Positions 55,631 through 64,000 of a DNA stretch of 64,000 nucleotides are shown piece by piece; the first letter of the stretch is position 1, and the number at the start of each line of letters is the position of its first letter. The notes beneath the pieces were generated by a model. The model saw only the letters and a list, made by a program, of their open reading frames with translations, was not told the DNA's origin and ran no database searches. The stretch spans positions 96,001 through 160,000 of the forward strand of contig OY729428.2 of the NCBI GenBank assembly GCA_963422375.2, given 5' to 3'. Source of the stretch: Bryobacterales bacterium. GTDB taxonomy: Bacteria > Acidobacteriota > Terriglobia > Bryobacterales > UBA6623. The translations under genes were made by a program, and so were the position numbers.

Positions 55631-56545
55631 CTACTGTCCCGGCCCGCCGGACGCAGACACTTTCAGATCCGGGGCGTACCGCCGCATCATCCCTAGGACC
55701 AGCTGCGCGCGACGGACCCGCTCCTTGGACAGGGCGACTGCGGTGGACTCGATATGCGTCCCGCTGGGATAGATGTCCGGCGCGTTGCGCAATCCCAGCT
55801 TCACGTACAGGGGTGCCGCAACCCGAACGAACTCCGGCACCTCGTAATGCCGGACGAACCCGCCGATATTGTCGGGAGCCTCGACGTACAGGTCTATGGG
55901 AGCGTCGATCGCGGCGCGGATCGACGCCAGCTGCGGCAGAGAGAGGTCGGACGGGACGTTGATGGTCGTCGCGCCCAGGTCCTCCAGCACCCGCGCCGCG
56001 GCCGCGTTGGCCGGGGCCATCATGACGGACGTCTTGAGGACAAGGCGCTCCGGCAGGTCGCCGGCAAGCTTCATGCGCCCCAGGATTGCCAGCAGCCCGA
56101 TATCGGAGACCAGCACACTGCGGATTCCCAGGGCAGCGGCCCTGCGCACGTCCTCGATCGCGTACACGAGCTGCTCGCTGCCCCGCAGGCTCAGTCCGAG
56201 CGCCTTGCCGGCGGGGGAGTATGCCTGGGCCCCGACGTCGAACGTCGCCCGGGGGCCGACGAACAGGTTGACCTCCACGCCGCGGGACGCGCCGAGATCG
56301 CGCATCTGTGCAATTTCGTCGTCCGAGAGCAGCATGATGCCGCTGCCCTGGCTGACCCGATGCACAGGGACATCCAGCCGGTCCGCCTCGGCCAGCACGG
56401 CCCGGAGCGCACTCGGCCCTTCCGTGCTGGGGATTTCGATCCGGTATCGAGCGCCGTCCGGAAACCGCTTCGCCGACGATGGCGCCGGATGCGGGTCGGC
56501 GCAGGGCCAGCCCAGCCGGGCCAGGCACTCGCGGGTCTCCCTCAC
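55631..56545 (-). CDS. U32-like TIM-barrel protein
   Basis: SVLVSDIG, LGATTIN...DLSL..L..IR...PIDLYV. GTG overlaps the thrB stop. Confidence 0.6.
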   Translation of the reverse strand: MRETRECLARLGWPCADPHPAPSSAKRFPDGARYRIEIPSTEGPSALRAVLAEADRLDVPVHRVSQGSGIMLLSDDEIAQMRDLGASRGVEVNLFVGPRATFDVGAQAYSPAGKALGLSLRGSEQLVYAIEDVRRAAALGIRSVLVSDIGLLAILGRMKLAGDLPERLVLKTSVMMAPANAAAARVLEDLGATTINVPSDLSLPQLASIRAAIDAPIDLYVEAPDNIGGFVRHYEVPEFVRVAAPLYVKLGLRNAPDIYPSGTHIESTAVALSKERVRRAQLVLGMMRRYAPDLKVSASGGPGQ

Positions 56546-57459
56546 CGGTGGCCGTCCACGCCCCTCACGACCAAGCCCGTGCGGTCCAGGTCCGGGAACA
56601 TTACCTCGCTCGGGCAGCCCGCCTTCTCGAACTCGCGTTCCACAGCTCGCGCCGCGTCCTCCACGCCTGTCTCGTAGAACACCACAATCGCGGGGCCGGC
56701 GCCGCTCAGGGCGCACCCTAGCAGACCCGGGACGCGGAGCCCTAGGATCGAAAGCAGGCCCGGCACGCGGTCCGCGCGGTACGGCTGGTGCAGCCGGTCC
56801 TCGAGCGCCACGGGGAACGCCTCCCGGTCGCCCTTGAGCAGGGCGGCGACCAAGAGCGCGGCGCGCTGGATGTTGAAGACCGCGTCCTCTCGCGAGTAGC
56901 GCGCCGGGAGGGCGGCCCGCATGCCGGGCGTCGGCAGATCGAAGTCCGGGCAGACGATCGCCACCGAGAATGCTCTCGGCACCTCCAAGCGCACGGCGTG
57001 GGTCACGCCGTTGCCCCCGATAGCGGCGGTTGTCACGGAGCCGAGCACCGCGGCCGACACGTTGTCCGGATGGCCCTCGATGCGAGCCGCCTCGTCCAGC
57101 AGGCGGCGCTCGTCCCAACCGAGGTCGAGCACCCGGTCGGCCAGGACCACGCCGGTCACGAGCGCGGCGGCGCTCGAGCCGAGGCCCTTCCCCACGGGGA
57201 TCCGGTTGTCGATGGCAAGGTCCACGGGAGGGAGGTCTCGACCCTGCGTCCGCGCGACGCGACGGGCCGTGTCGAGAATCAAGTTCCGCCCTTCTGCCGG
57301 AATCAAGGCCGCGTCACGGCCCGACACGCGCACCCGGGTCGTCTCGGATGCGCGGAAGCGGCAGGTCAGGTAGATCGCGAGCGCGAGGCCCAGCGCGTCG
57401 AATCCGGGACCGAGGTTCGCGCTCGAGGCCGGCACGCGGACCTCCGTCAGGCCGACCAT
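56542..57459 (-). CDS. thrB: Homoserine kinase
   Basis: VPASSANLGPGFD, IPVGKGLGSSAAA, EGHPDN, DRLHQPYR, LSGAGP. Confidence 0.96.
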   Translation of the reverse strand: MVGLTEVRVPASSANLGPGFDALGLALAIYLTCRFRASETTRVRVSGRDAALIPAEGRNLILDTARRVARTQGRDLPPVDLAIDNRIPVGKGLGSSAAALVTGVVLADRVLDLGWDERRLLDEAARIEGHPDNVSAAVLGSVTTAAIGGNGVTHAVRLEVPRAFSVAIVCPDFDLPTPGMRAALPARYSREDAVFNIQRAALLVAALLKGDREAFPVALEDRLHQPYRADRVPGLLSILGLRVPGLLGCALSGAGPAIVVFYETGVEDAARAVEREFEKAGCPSEVMFPDLDRTGLVVRGVDGHR

Positions 57460-57532
57460 GAACCCGCAGTATACCCGAGTGGATCCGCCGGACCGGGTCG
57501 ACGCCGAGCAGGCCCCGGCGCGGCCCCGACGG

Positions 57533-59185
57533 TCAGCGAAACACGACGAAAAAGACAAGGGCTGCCGCCGCGACAAGCGAGGCGGTGACCCGCTCTGGCC
57601 GCCAAGACTCCGCCCGGGCGGCGCTCGCGGCGGTCTGGGACGCCACGTCGCCTCTCGATTCCTCGAGCCATCCGGCACCGGAGCCCCGATAGGCCTCGCC
57701 TCGCCGGCAGCTCGCCAAGGTAAGGCCTCGGAGCGCCGCCGGGCTGGCGGCGCCGCGCCCGGCAGTCCACGCCGCCATAGCCGCGCCGGTAACGGCAACA
57801 GCCCAGAGATAGCTCCACCATACGCTGGTCACCCACGCCGGAAGGTGCCACCCGAGGAGGTCGCCGAGCATCGACACCAAGCCGCAGGCAACCCCGGCTA
57901 GCATCCCTGCCATGCCGGACCCTCGATGGGCCCGCGTGAGCGCTCCTGCCGCGAATACGGTCGCCAAGGGCACGACCGCGACGCTCGAGAGGCGCAAGTA
58001 GAACGCCACCATGCCCTGCCCTAGGAACGGCACGTACAGGAACGAGATCCCGATCGACACGGCGGCCGCAGCTCTCGTCACCCGGAGAACCGCCCGCTCG
58101 CTGGCTTCGGGCGCGAGAAACCGGCAGTAGACGTCCCGGGTGAACACCGCGCCCAAGGCGGAACCCACGGAGTCGTAGGTCGACAGGCAGGCCGCGAGAA
58201 CGCCCGCGAAGACCAGACCGGCAAGGGTGCCGTGGAGGTGGTCGACGAAGAGCCGGGGGAAGACGGCGTCGACTTGGGAGAGACCGGGGTAGAGGGCCCG
58301 GCCCGCGACGCCGAGCGAGACGTTGCACCACATGACCGCGATCAGGACCGCGGACGCGAGGGCCGCTGCGGCCCGCATGTCCCACTCGCTGCGAGCGCCG
58401 AGCAGCCGCATTGACTGCGAGTGGTTCACGATGCAGTAGGCGGCATGCACGGCGACCCATCCGAAGAGCACCAGAGCGATGGGGGCGCCCGGACCGGCGA
58501 GACCGTCGTAGCTGAGCACCCGGTCCGGCAGGTCGGGGGCGGATTCAGCGAGGCGCTGCCGAAGGCCCTGCCAGCCGCCCGCGGCGCTCCATACAGTCCA
58601 CCAGAGCAGGCCGGAGGCCGCGGCAATGGCGACGGTCTGCAACGAATCCGTCGCAACCACCGCTCGCAACCCACCGCTCACGGTGTACACGCCGGCGAGG
58701 GTCGCGAGTCCGGCGACGAGCCACCAAGCCGCCGAGCCCCAGCCCGTCACCGCGCCGAGCAGCAGGAACAGGGAAAAGGCCATGTTCCCCATCACATGGG
58801 TCCGCTGCTGGATCTGGACGGCCGCGCCGAACACGCGCATGCCCGGCCCGAAGCGCGCCTCGAGGTACTCGGCGTTGGTGAAGAACCCAGCCCGATAGAC
58901 CGGTACGAGCACTACCGACGTAGCCAGCAGCCATCCGATCGGGATGCCCAGCCACCAGGTCGAGAGATAGGCGATCCCGTACTGGTACGCGCCGCCAACG
59001 ACGGCCACGAAATCGCCGCTGTCGATCGCGGTCGCGAACAGGGACAGCCCGACAGCCGGCCATGCAAGCGTTCGGGCGGCGAGCTGCCACTCCGTCGCGG
59101 TGCGCGGCCGGCGGGCACGCAGCCATCCCGCCGCGACCAAGGCCGCGTTGATGCCAAGCGCCAGGAGCCAGCCAGTCCAGTTCAT
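57533..59185 (-). CDS. Sodium:solute symporter family protein
   Basis: SLFAT, EYLEARF, GGLRAVVATD.LQ, RLLGARSE. Confidence 0.88.
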   Translation of the reverse strand: MNWTGWLLALGINAALVAAGWLRARRPRTATEWQLAARTLAWPAVGLSLFATAIDSGDFVAVVGGAYQYGIAYLSTWWLGIPIGWLLATSVVLVPVYRAGFFTNAEYLEARFGPGMRVFGAAVQIQQRTHVMGNMAFSLFLLLGAVTGWGSAAWWLVAGLATLAGVYTVSGGLRAVVATDSLQTVAIAAASGLLWWTVWSAAGGWQGLRQRLAESAPDLPDRVLSYDGLAGPGAPIALVLFGWVAVHAAYCIVNHSQSMRLLGARSEWDMRAAAALASAVLIAVMWCNVSLGVAGRALYPGLSQVDAVFPRLFVDHLHGTLAGLVFAGVLAACLSTYDSVGSALGAVFTRDVYCRFLAPEASERAVLRVTRAAAAVSIGISFLYVPFLGQGMVAFYLRLSSVAVVPLATVFAAGALTRAHRGSGMAGMLAGVACGLVSMLGDLLGWHLPAWVTSVWWSYLWAVAVTGAAMAAWTAGRGAASPAALRGLTLASCRRGEAYRGSGAGWLEESRGDVASQTAASAARAESWRPERVTASLVAAAALVFFVVFR

Positions 59186-59366
59186 CCTGATACTCCTGCA
59201 CCAGACACCCCGTGATCATCGCACTTGCGAGGTCGCAAGCAGGCATCCCTTCTGGAGCAGACCGGCCGAATCGGAACACTCGAAGGGCAACTGGCATGCG
59301 GCCCGGATCCGGAGAAGTCGGGACCGTAGCCGCGCGTCGCTCGCCTAAGCCCGTTCGCGACGGGCC

Positions 59367-60200
59367 CTAGGCGCGGGTGAGCGCCTCGACGAATTGCTGT
59401 GCCGCCACCTGATGCGCTCGGACCGCGCTCTCGAAGGAGCGAAACGCAGGAGGCGTGCTCCGCAAGTCCCAATGGCCGAAGCGGTCCCTGCCTCGCACCA
59501 AGACCGCTTCCTGCCCCGGTCGGAGAGGGCGCACATCCGGGGTCATGTAGCGGATTGCGAACCCAACCCTCGGTCGGTCGGATCCGTTGGCTCGCGACCC
59601 GTGAATCGCCCGAACGTGGTGCAGGGACATCTGCCCCGGCCCGAGTTCGACGTCCAGCACGTCGGGCTCCTCGTAGTCCGCCCGGACCTCCTGCCCACGC
59701 GTCAGCAGGTTCTCGTCGGCGAAGGTGTCCTCGTGGAGCAGGATGGGGAGCTTATGGGATCCCGGAAGAAGCCGCATGCAGCCGTTCTCGGCGGTGCTGT
59801 CCGTCAGCGCGATCCACGCGGTCGTGACTTCCCCGCCGTCCAGGCCCCAGTAGGTCCCGTCCTGGTGCATGGTGATGTACCCGCTGTCCCGCGCCGGCTT
59901 GGGAAACACCTGGGCGGACCAGAGCAGGATGTCGGTGCCGAGCACGGCTTCCACCGCGTCGAGCACCGCCGGATGAAAGCCAAGATCCCAGGCCCACCTG
60001 TAGAAGCGGTGAACCTGGCTCATCTGAACCGCCTTGGGGGCGCCGCCGAGAGCCTGCGCGACGCGTTCGTACTCTGTCACGCCCCGGGCCGCCTCGCTAG
60101 GGTCCAGAACGTCGATCGGAAACAGGAAACCGTCCCTGCCGTACTGGTCCACCCGGTCCGCGGAGAGCTTCGGCCGCATCGCGCCCTCGCGGCCCATCAT
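59367..60200 (-). CDS. Phytanoyl-CoA dioxygenase (PhyH) family Fe/2OG oxygenase
   Basis: HQD..YW, WIALTD...ENGC...PGSH, HGS..N.S..PR. Confidence 0.9.
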   Translation of the reverse strand: MMGREGAMRPKLSADRVDQYGRDGFLFPIDVLDPSEAARGVTEYERVAQALGGAPKAVQMSQVHRFYRWAWDLGFHPAVLDAVEAVLGTDILLWSAQVFPKPARDSGYITMHQDGTYWGLDGGEVTTAWIALTDSTAENGCMRLLPGSHKLPILLHEDTFADENLLTRGQEVRADYEEPDVLDVELGPGQMSLHHVRAIHGSRANGSDRPRVGFAIRYMTPDVRPLRPGQEAVLVRGRDRFGHWDLRSTPPAFRSFESAVRAHQVAAQQFVEALTRA

Positions 60201-60267
60201 ACTCCTCGGACAGCGGGCCTAAGGCTCTGCAAGGAGAGCCGCCGAGCGCACTAAACTGTTGGTCGCC

Positions 60268-61569
60268 ATGCATCACGGACTGCAAGCGGTCCACCGCCTA
60301 GCGCTCTCGAGACGGGACCTGCTTCGCCTGCCCGCGGCCTCGGCGCTTTCGGCCCTGCCGGCCGTGCTAGGCCCCGGAGGATCGCTCGCGGCGGCGCAAG
60401 CGAAGGCCAAGCCTCTGAACTTGCGCGTGACCGACCTGAGGTCCTGGATCGTGAATCACTCGGCGAGCAAGAACTACGTCTTCTGCAAGATCTACACGAG
60501 CGAGGGGATCACGGGGGTCGGCGAGGGCTCCGTGACGTCGAAGGCCGCCACCATGAAGGCCGCGATCGACGAACACCGCCGCTACCTAGTCGGCCGCGAT
60601 CCGGCGGACATCGAGATGCACTGGCAAGCGATGTACCGCTGGCCCCGCTGGCGAGGCGGCCCGATCCTCAATTCCGCGATCAGCGCGATCGAGATCGCGC
60701 TCTGGGACATCCTCGGCCAGGCAGTGGGCCAGCCGATCTACCAGCTCATCGGCGGCAAGGCTCGGCATCGCGTTCAGATGTACGTCCATCCGGGCGGCGG
60801 CCCGACTCCGGCGGCGTACGCCGACCGCTGGCTGGCAGCGCGAGAGGCCGGCTGGACAGCCGGCAAGGGCGGCTTCATCACAACCCACGACAACGTGATC
60901 GACCCGGTGCGGTCTGTGCGCGAGGGGATTGCCAATCTCGCCGCCGTGCGCGAGGCAGTCGGGGAGGAGTTCGCGATCTGCATCGACGTACACGGCAAGG
61001 CGACTCCTACCATGGCGAGCTCCTTTTGCCGGCAGGCCGAGCCCCTGCAGCCCTACTTCGTCGAGGAAGCGACCCAGATCGAAGACCTCGACGAGCTCGC
61101 CCGCCTGCGGGCGATGACGACGATCCCCCTAGCCACCGGCGAGCGCCTCTTCACCAAGTACGGCTTCTCGCAAATCTGCCACCGGCACCTCGTGGACTAC
61201 ATCCAGCCCGACGTGGTGCATTGCGGCGGCATCCTCGAGCTGAAGAAGATCGCGGCCATCGCCGAGGCGTACCGCATCGAGCTGTGCCCGCACAATCCGC
61301 AGAGCGAGGTGTCGACGATGGCGTCGCTGCACGCGGACTTCTCGACCCCGAATTTCGCGATCCAAGAAATCTCGACGGGACGCCGGGAGCCGTTCTGGGA
61401 CGACTTCTTCCTTGGCGGGGGACCGCGCTACGAAGGCGGGTTCGCACTGCCGCCGGACGCGCCGGGCTTGGGCGTGACGTTCGACGAGCGAGTCGGCGAA
61501 CGTCGCCCCTACGTGCCGGTGACCCGCCAGCAGCTCCGCTTCCCGGACGGCGGGGTCGCGGATCACTGA
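60268..61569 (+). CDS. Mandelate racemase/galactonate dehydratase-like enolase-superfamily enzyme with Tat-like leader
   Basis: SRRDLL, G.GE, SAIEIALWDI.G, IDVH, FVEE, ATGER, QPD, PHN, PGLG. Confidence 0.88.
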   Translation: MHHGLQAVHRLALSRRDLLRLPAASALSALPAVLGPGGSLAAAQAKAKPLNLRVTDLRSWIVNHSASKNYVFCKIYTSEGITGVGEGSVTSKAATMKAAIDEHRRYLVGRDPADIEMHWQAMYRWPRWRGGPILNSAISAIEIALWDILGQAVGQPIYQLIGGKARHRVQMYVHPGGGPTPAAYADRWLAAREAGWTAGKGGFITTHDNVIDPVRSVREGIANLAAVREAVGEEFAICIDVHGKATPTMASSFCRQAEPLQPYFVEEATQIEDLDELARLRAMTTIPLATGERLFTKYGFSQICHRHLVDYIQPDVVHCGGILELKKIAAIAEAYRIELCPHNPQSEVSTMASLHADFSTPNFAIQEISTGRREPFWDDFFLGGGPRYEGGFALPPDAPGLGVTFDERVGERRPYVPVTRQQLRFPDGGVADH

Positions 61570-61599
61570 GCGGGCGGCGGCCTCGCTACACTCGTAGGC

Positions 61600-62136
61600 T
61601 TGGCCACGGACGCGCCCTCGCTGGACGTCGGCTGCGGGCTCAACAAGCGGGCCGGCGCCATCGGCGTGGACCGGATCCCGGGAACCGCGGCCGACGTCCT
61701 GGCGGACATCGACCGCGGGTGCCTTCCGTTTCGCGACTCCGCGTTCGGGTCGGCCAGCTTGATCCACGTGATCGAGCACGTCGAGAACGTCGTCCGCACG
61801 ATGGAGGAGCTGCATCGCGTGCTCCGCCCGGGCGGCCGGCTCAGCATCGAGACCCCGCACTACTCCGATGCCAGCTCCTTCGCCGACCCAACCCACCGCT
61901 GGCACCTGAACTCGTTCTCCTTCCGCTACTTCACCGAGGAGGGCGGATTCGCCTATTACACGCCCTGCCGCTTCCGGCTGGTCCGCTTGGAGGTCAAGCT
62001 TGTGCGCCTGTGGAGGCTGCTCGGATGGGAGTTCGCCGTGAATCGCTCGCGCGCCGTCCGTAAGTTCTGGGAGTATTACCTATGCTTCCTAGTGCGCGGC
62101 AAGGCGCTGGTTCTCGAGTTCGAGGTCGTCAAGTGA
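61600..62136 (+). CDS. Class I SAM-dependent methyltransferase
   Basis: LDVGCG, HVIEH, LHRVLRPGG, DPTH. Confidence 0.85.
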   Translation: MATDAPSLDVGCGLNKRAGAIGVDRIPGTAADVLADIDRGCLPFRDSAFGSASLIHVIEHVENVVRTMEELHRVLRPGGRLSIETPHYSDASSFADPTHRWHLNSFSFRYFTEEGGFAYYTPCRFRLVRLEVKLVRLWRLLGWEFAVNRSRAVRKFWEYYLCFLVRGKALVLEFEVVK

Positions 62137-62157
62137 CGCCGTGGTATCCTCCGAGAG

Positions 62158-62643
62158 ATGGATCTGGTCGGGGTCTTCGCGTCGCTCGGCCAGGACCGTA
62201 GCGTCCGGCTGGTCGAGACGGTGTCGATCAGCGCCCTGCGGACATTCGGCGTGTACGAGGCGATCAAGGTCCGGTCCAGGCTTCGCAAGCTGAACAGGCA
62301 GAAGCTCCAAACAGCCTCCCCTGCCCTGTGGAGGAGGATCACCGAGGGCGACTCCGACCTGGCGCGCGACCTCGCGCAGGCTGTCCTCGTCTCGCACATC
62401 GCGCTGGTCGCCGAGGTTCTCGACTCACTCGGAATCGAGCACGACGGGAATGGCTTCTACTCCAAGGACGAGGACCACTCGGGCAAGTTCAAGCCGGGCT
62501 GGCCGAGCACCGTGCTCGGACACTTCGGCGAACGCTACCCGCGTGACGTCGTCCTGCTCTACATCAACTACCTCGGGTGGGAGACGGGCGTTCTCGAGAG
62601 CCCGTTCCTCGGTCCCCTAGGGGAGGCCCGGACGGCGGCCTGA
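62158..62643 (+). CDS. Hypothetical protein
   Basis: Intact ORF with host-like codon usage, co-oriented with its neighbours. Confidence 0.65.
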   Translation: MDLVGVFASLGQDRSVRLVETVSISALRTFGVYEAIKVRSRLRKLNRQKLQTASPALWRRITEGDSDLARDLAQAVLVSHIALVAEVLDSLGIEHDGNGFYSKDEDHSGKFKPGWPSTVLGHFGERYPRDVVLLYINYLGWETGVLESPFLGPLGEARTAA

Positions 62644-62697
62644 ACGGCTAGCCAGGCGCGCTTGGAATCCGGCTGCGCCGAGAGGTTTGTTCCTGCA

Positions 62698-63870
62698 ATG
62701 ACTGCAAAGCGCATCGGCATCCTGACCGGCGGCGGCGACGTCCCCGGCCTGAACTCCGTGATCAAGGCCTCTGTCAGCAACTGCGTCGACCGCGGCATCG
62801 AGGTGATCGGCATCCGGCGGGGGTGGAAGGGACTGACGCACATCCATCCGGTCAAGGGGACCGACCCGGAATACATGCTGCCGCTCAACCGGCTGAATAC
62901 CAGAACGGTGGACCGCAGCGGCGGAACGTTCCTGCATTCGACCCGCACGCAGCCGTCCCGCCTGAAGGTCGGTGACATGCCCAAGTGGCTGCAGCGCAAG
63001 CTGGGCACCGTGCGCGAGGTCGAGCCCGGAATCGTCGACCTGACGCCCGTCGTGCTCGACAACCTGCGCAAGCTTGACATCGACCACTTGATCGCCATCG
63101 GAGGAGACGACACCTTGAGCTACGCTCGTCGGCTCCACGACGAAGGCTTCCCAGTGGTCTGCATCCCGAAGACCATGGACAACGACGTGCCCGACACGGA
63201 GTACTGCATCGGATTCTCGACGGCCATCACCAGGGCCGTCGACAACATCAGCCGGCAGCGGACGACCGTAGGCTCGCACGAGCGCGTCGGGATCTTCCGC
63301 GTGTTCGGCAGGGACGCCGGCTTCACGTCGCTCTATACGGCCTATGTCACCGGCATTCACTGCTGCATACCCGAATACGAGTTCGACCTGGACAGGCTCC
63401 TATCGCTGATCCAGGAAGAGAAGCGGGACAATCCGAGCAACTACGCGCTGGTGGTCCTTTCGGAGGGCGCGACGTGGAATGGTCACACCCTCCAGCACTA
63501 TGGCGAGCCGGACGCCTACGGGCACCGCAAGAAAATGAGCGTCGGCGAGGCTCTCAGCCAGGAAGTCAAGAAGCGCATCCACGAGGAGACGGTGGTGAGC
63601 GACCTCACCTACGACCTGCGTGGGGGACCGCCGGACTTCATCGACAGGCTGGTGGCGACGACCTTCGCCTCCATCGCGGTGGAATGCATCGCGGACGGCG
63701 GCTCGGGCAGGATGGTGGCGATTCAGAACGGCTGCTTCGTCGATGCCGAGATTCCCGGGAAGGGGCGCAAGTCACGCGTCGTAGACGTGGAGACGATGTA
63801 CGACACCGAGCGCTACCTGCCGCGGTACGGCAGCAAGGCGGGCCTGCCGATCTTTCTCAACCGTCTCTGA
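62698..63870 (+). CDS. pfkA: 6-phosphofructokinase, probably PPi-dependent
   Basis: LTGGGDVPGLN, GGT.L.STR, GGDDT, PKTMDND, FGRDAG. Confidence 0.9.
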   Translation: MTAKRIGILTGGGDVPGLNSVIKASVSNCVDRGIEVIGIRRGWKGLTHIHPVKGTDPEYMLPLNRLNTRTVDRSGGTFLHSTRTQPSRLKVGDMPKWLQRKLGTVREVEPGIVDLTPVVLDNLRKLDIDHLIAIGGDDTLSYARRLHDEGFPVVCIPKTMDNDVPDTEYCIGFSTAITRAVDNISRQRTTVGSHERVGIFRVFGRDAGFTSLYTAYVTGIHCCIPEYEFDLDRLLSLIQEEKRDNPSNYALVVLSEGATWNGHTLQHYGEPDAYGHRKKMSVGEALSQEVKKRIHEETVVSDLTYDLRGGPPDFIDRLVATTFASIAVECIADGGSGRMVAIQNGCFVDAEIPGKGRKSRVVDVETMYDTERYLPRYGSKAGLPIFLNRL

Positions 63871-63908
63871 GGCCGCCGGCCCGGGCGGGGACGCTTGCGA
63901 CGGCGACC

Positions 63909-64000
63909 TCAGGCCCACTTGAGCGCGCGCTGGCGGAAGAGCCAGACGTACCCGGCAATCAGGATTCCTAGGAACACCAGCATTTCGACAAGGCCGAACA
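63909..64000 (-). CDS. nuoA: NADH-quinone oxidoreductase subunit A, C-terminal end (partial)
   Basis: Reverse strand reads FGLVEMLVFLGILIAGYVWLFRQRALKWA*. Confidence 0.8.
   Translation of the reverse strand, partial: FGLVEMLVFLGILIAGYVWLFRQRALKWA

Overview
High-GC bacterial chromosome segment, most likely Acidobacteriota (Bryobacterales-like). This is inferred from the acidobacterial VWFA protein, DUF5715, the HEYAH/TPR protein and Tat-tagged Gfo/Idh/MocA enzymes. Intact housekeeping and metabolic genes (gltA, moeA, moaC, ino1, thrB, PPi-type pfk, partial nuoA, tRNA-His) alternate with IS-rich accessory regions (IS1380, IS1595, IS30, ISNCY, IS1182, ISAzo13) that carry many pseudogenes. The main finding is a decaying type I-G CRISPR-Cas operon (cas3-cas8g-cas7g-csb2, minus strand, 15.9-26.4 kb). 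Its Csb2 (Cas5/6) carries an in-frame ~230-aa phosphoribosyltransferase domain and is translationally coupled to a CARF-HEPN-CARF gene, with no Cas10 in the window. This is a candidate type I CRISPR with a nucleotide-signalling or PRTase effector. Other notable signals: an XRE-HTH::inositol-3-phosphate synthase fusion with a palindrome over its own apparently leaderless promoter; a tRNA-His lacking G-1 (G1:U72, A73); and repeated mutational convergence on CTAG, which IS1380 also uses as its target. All calls come from reading motifs by eye, with no database searches.
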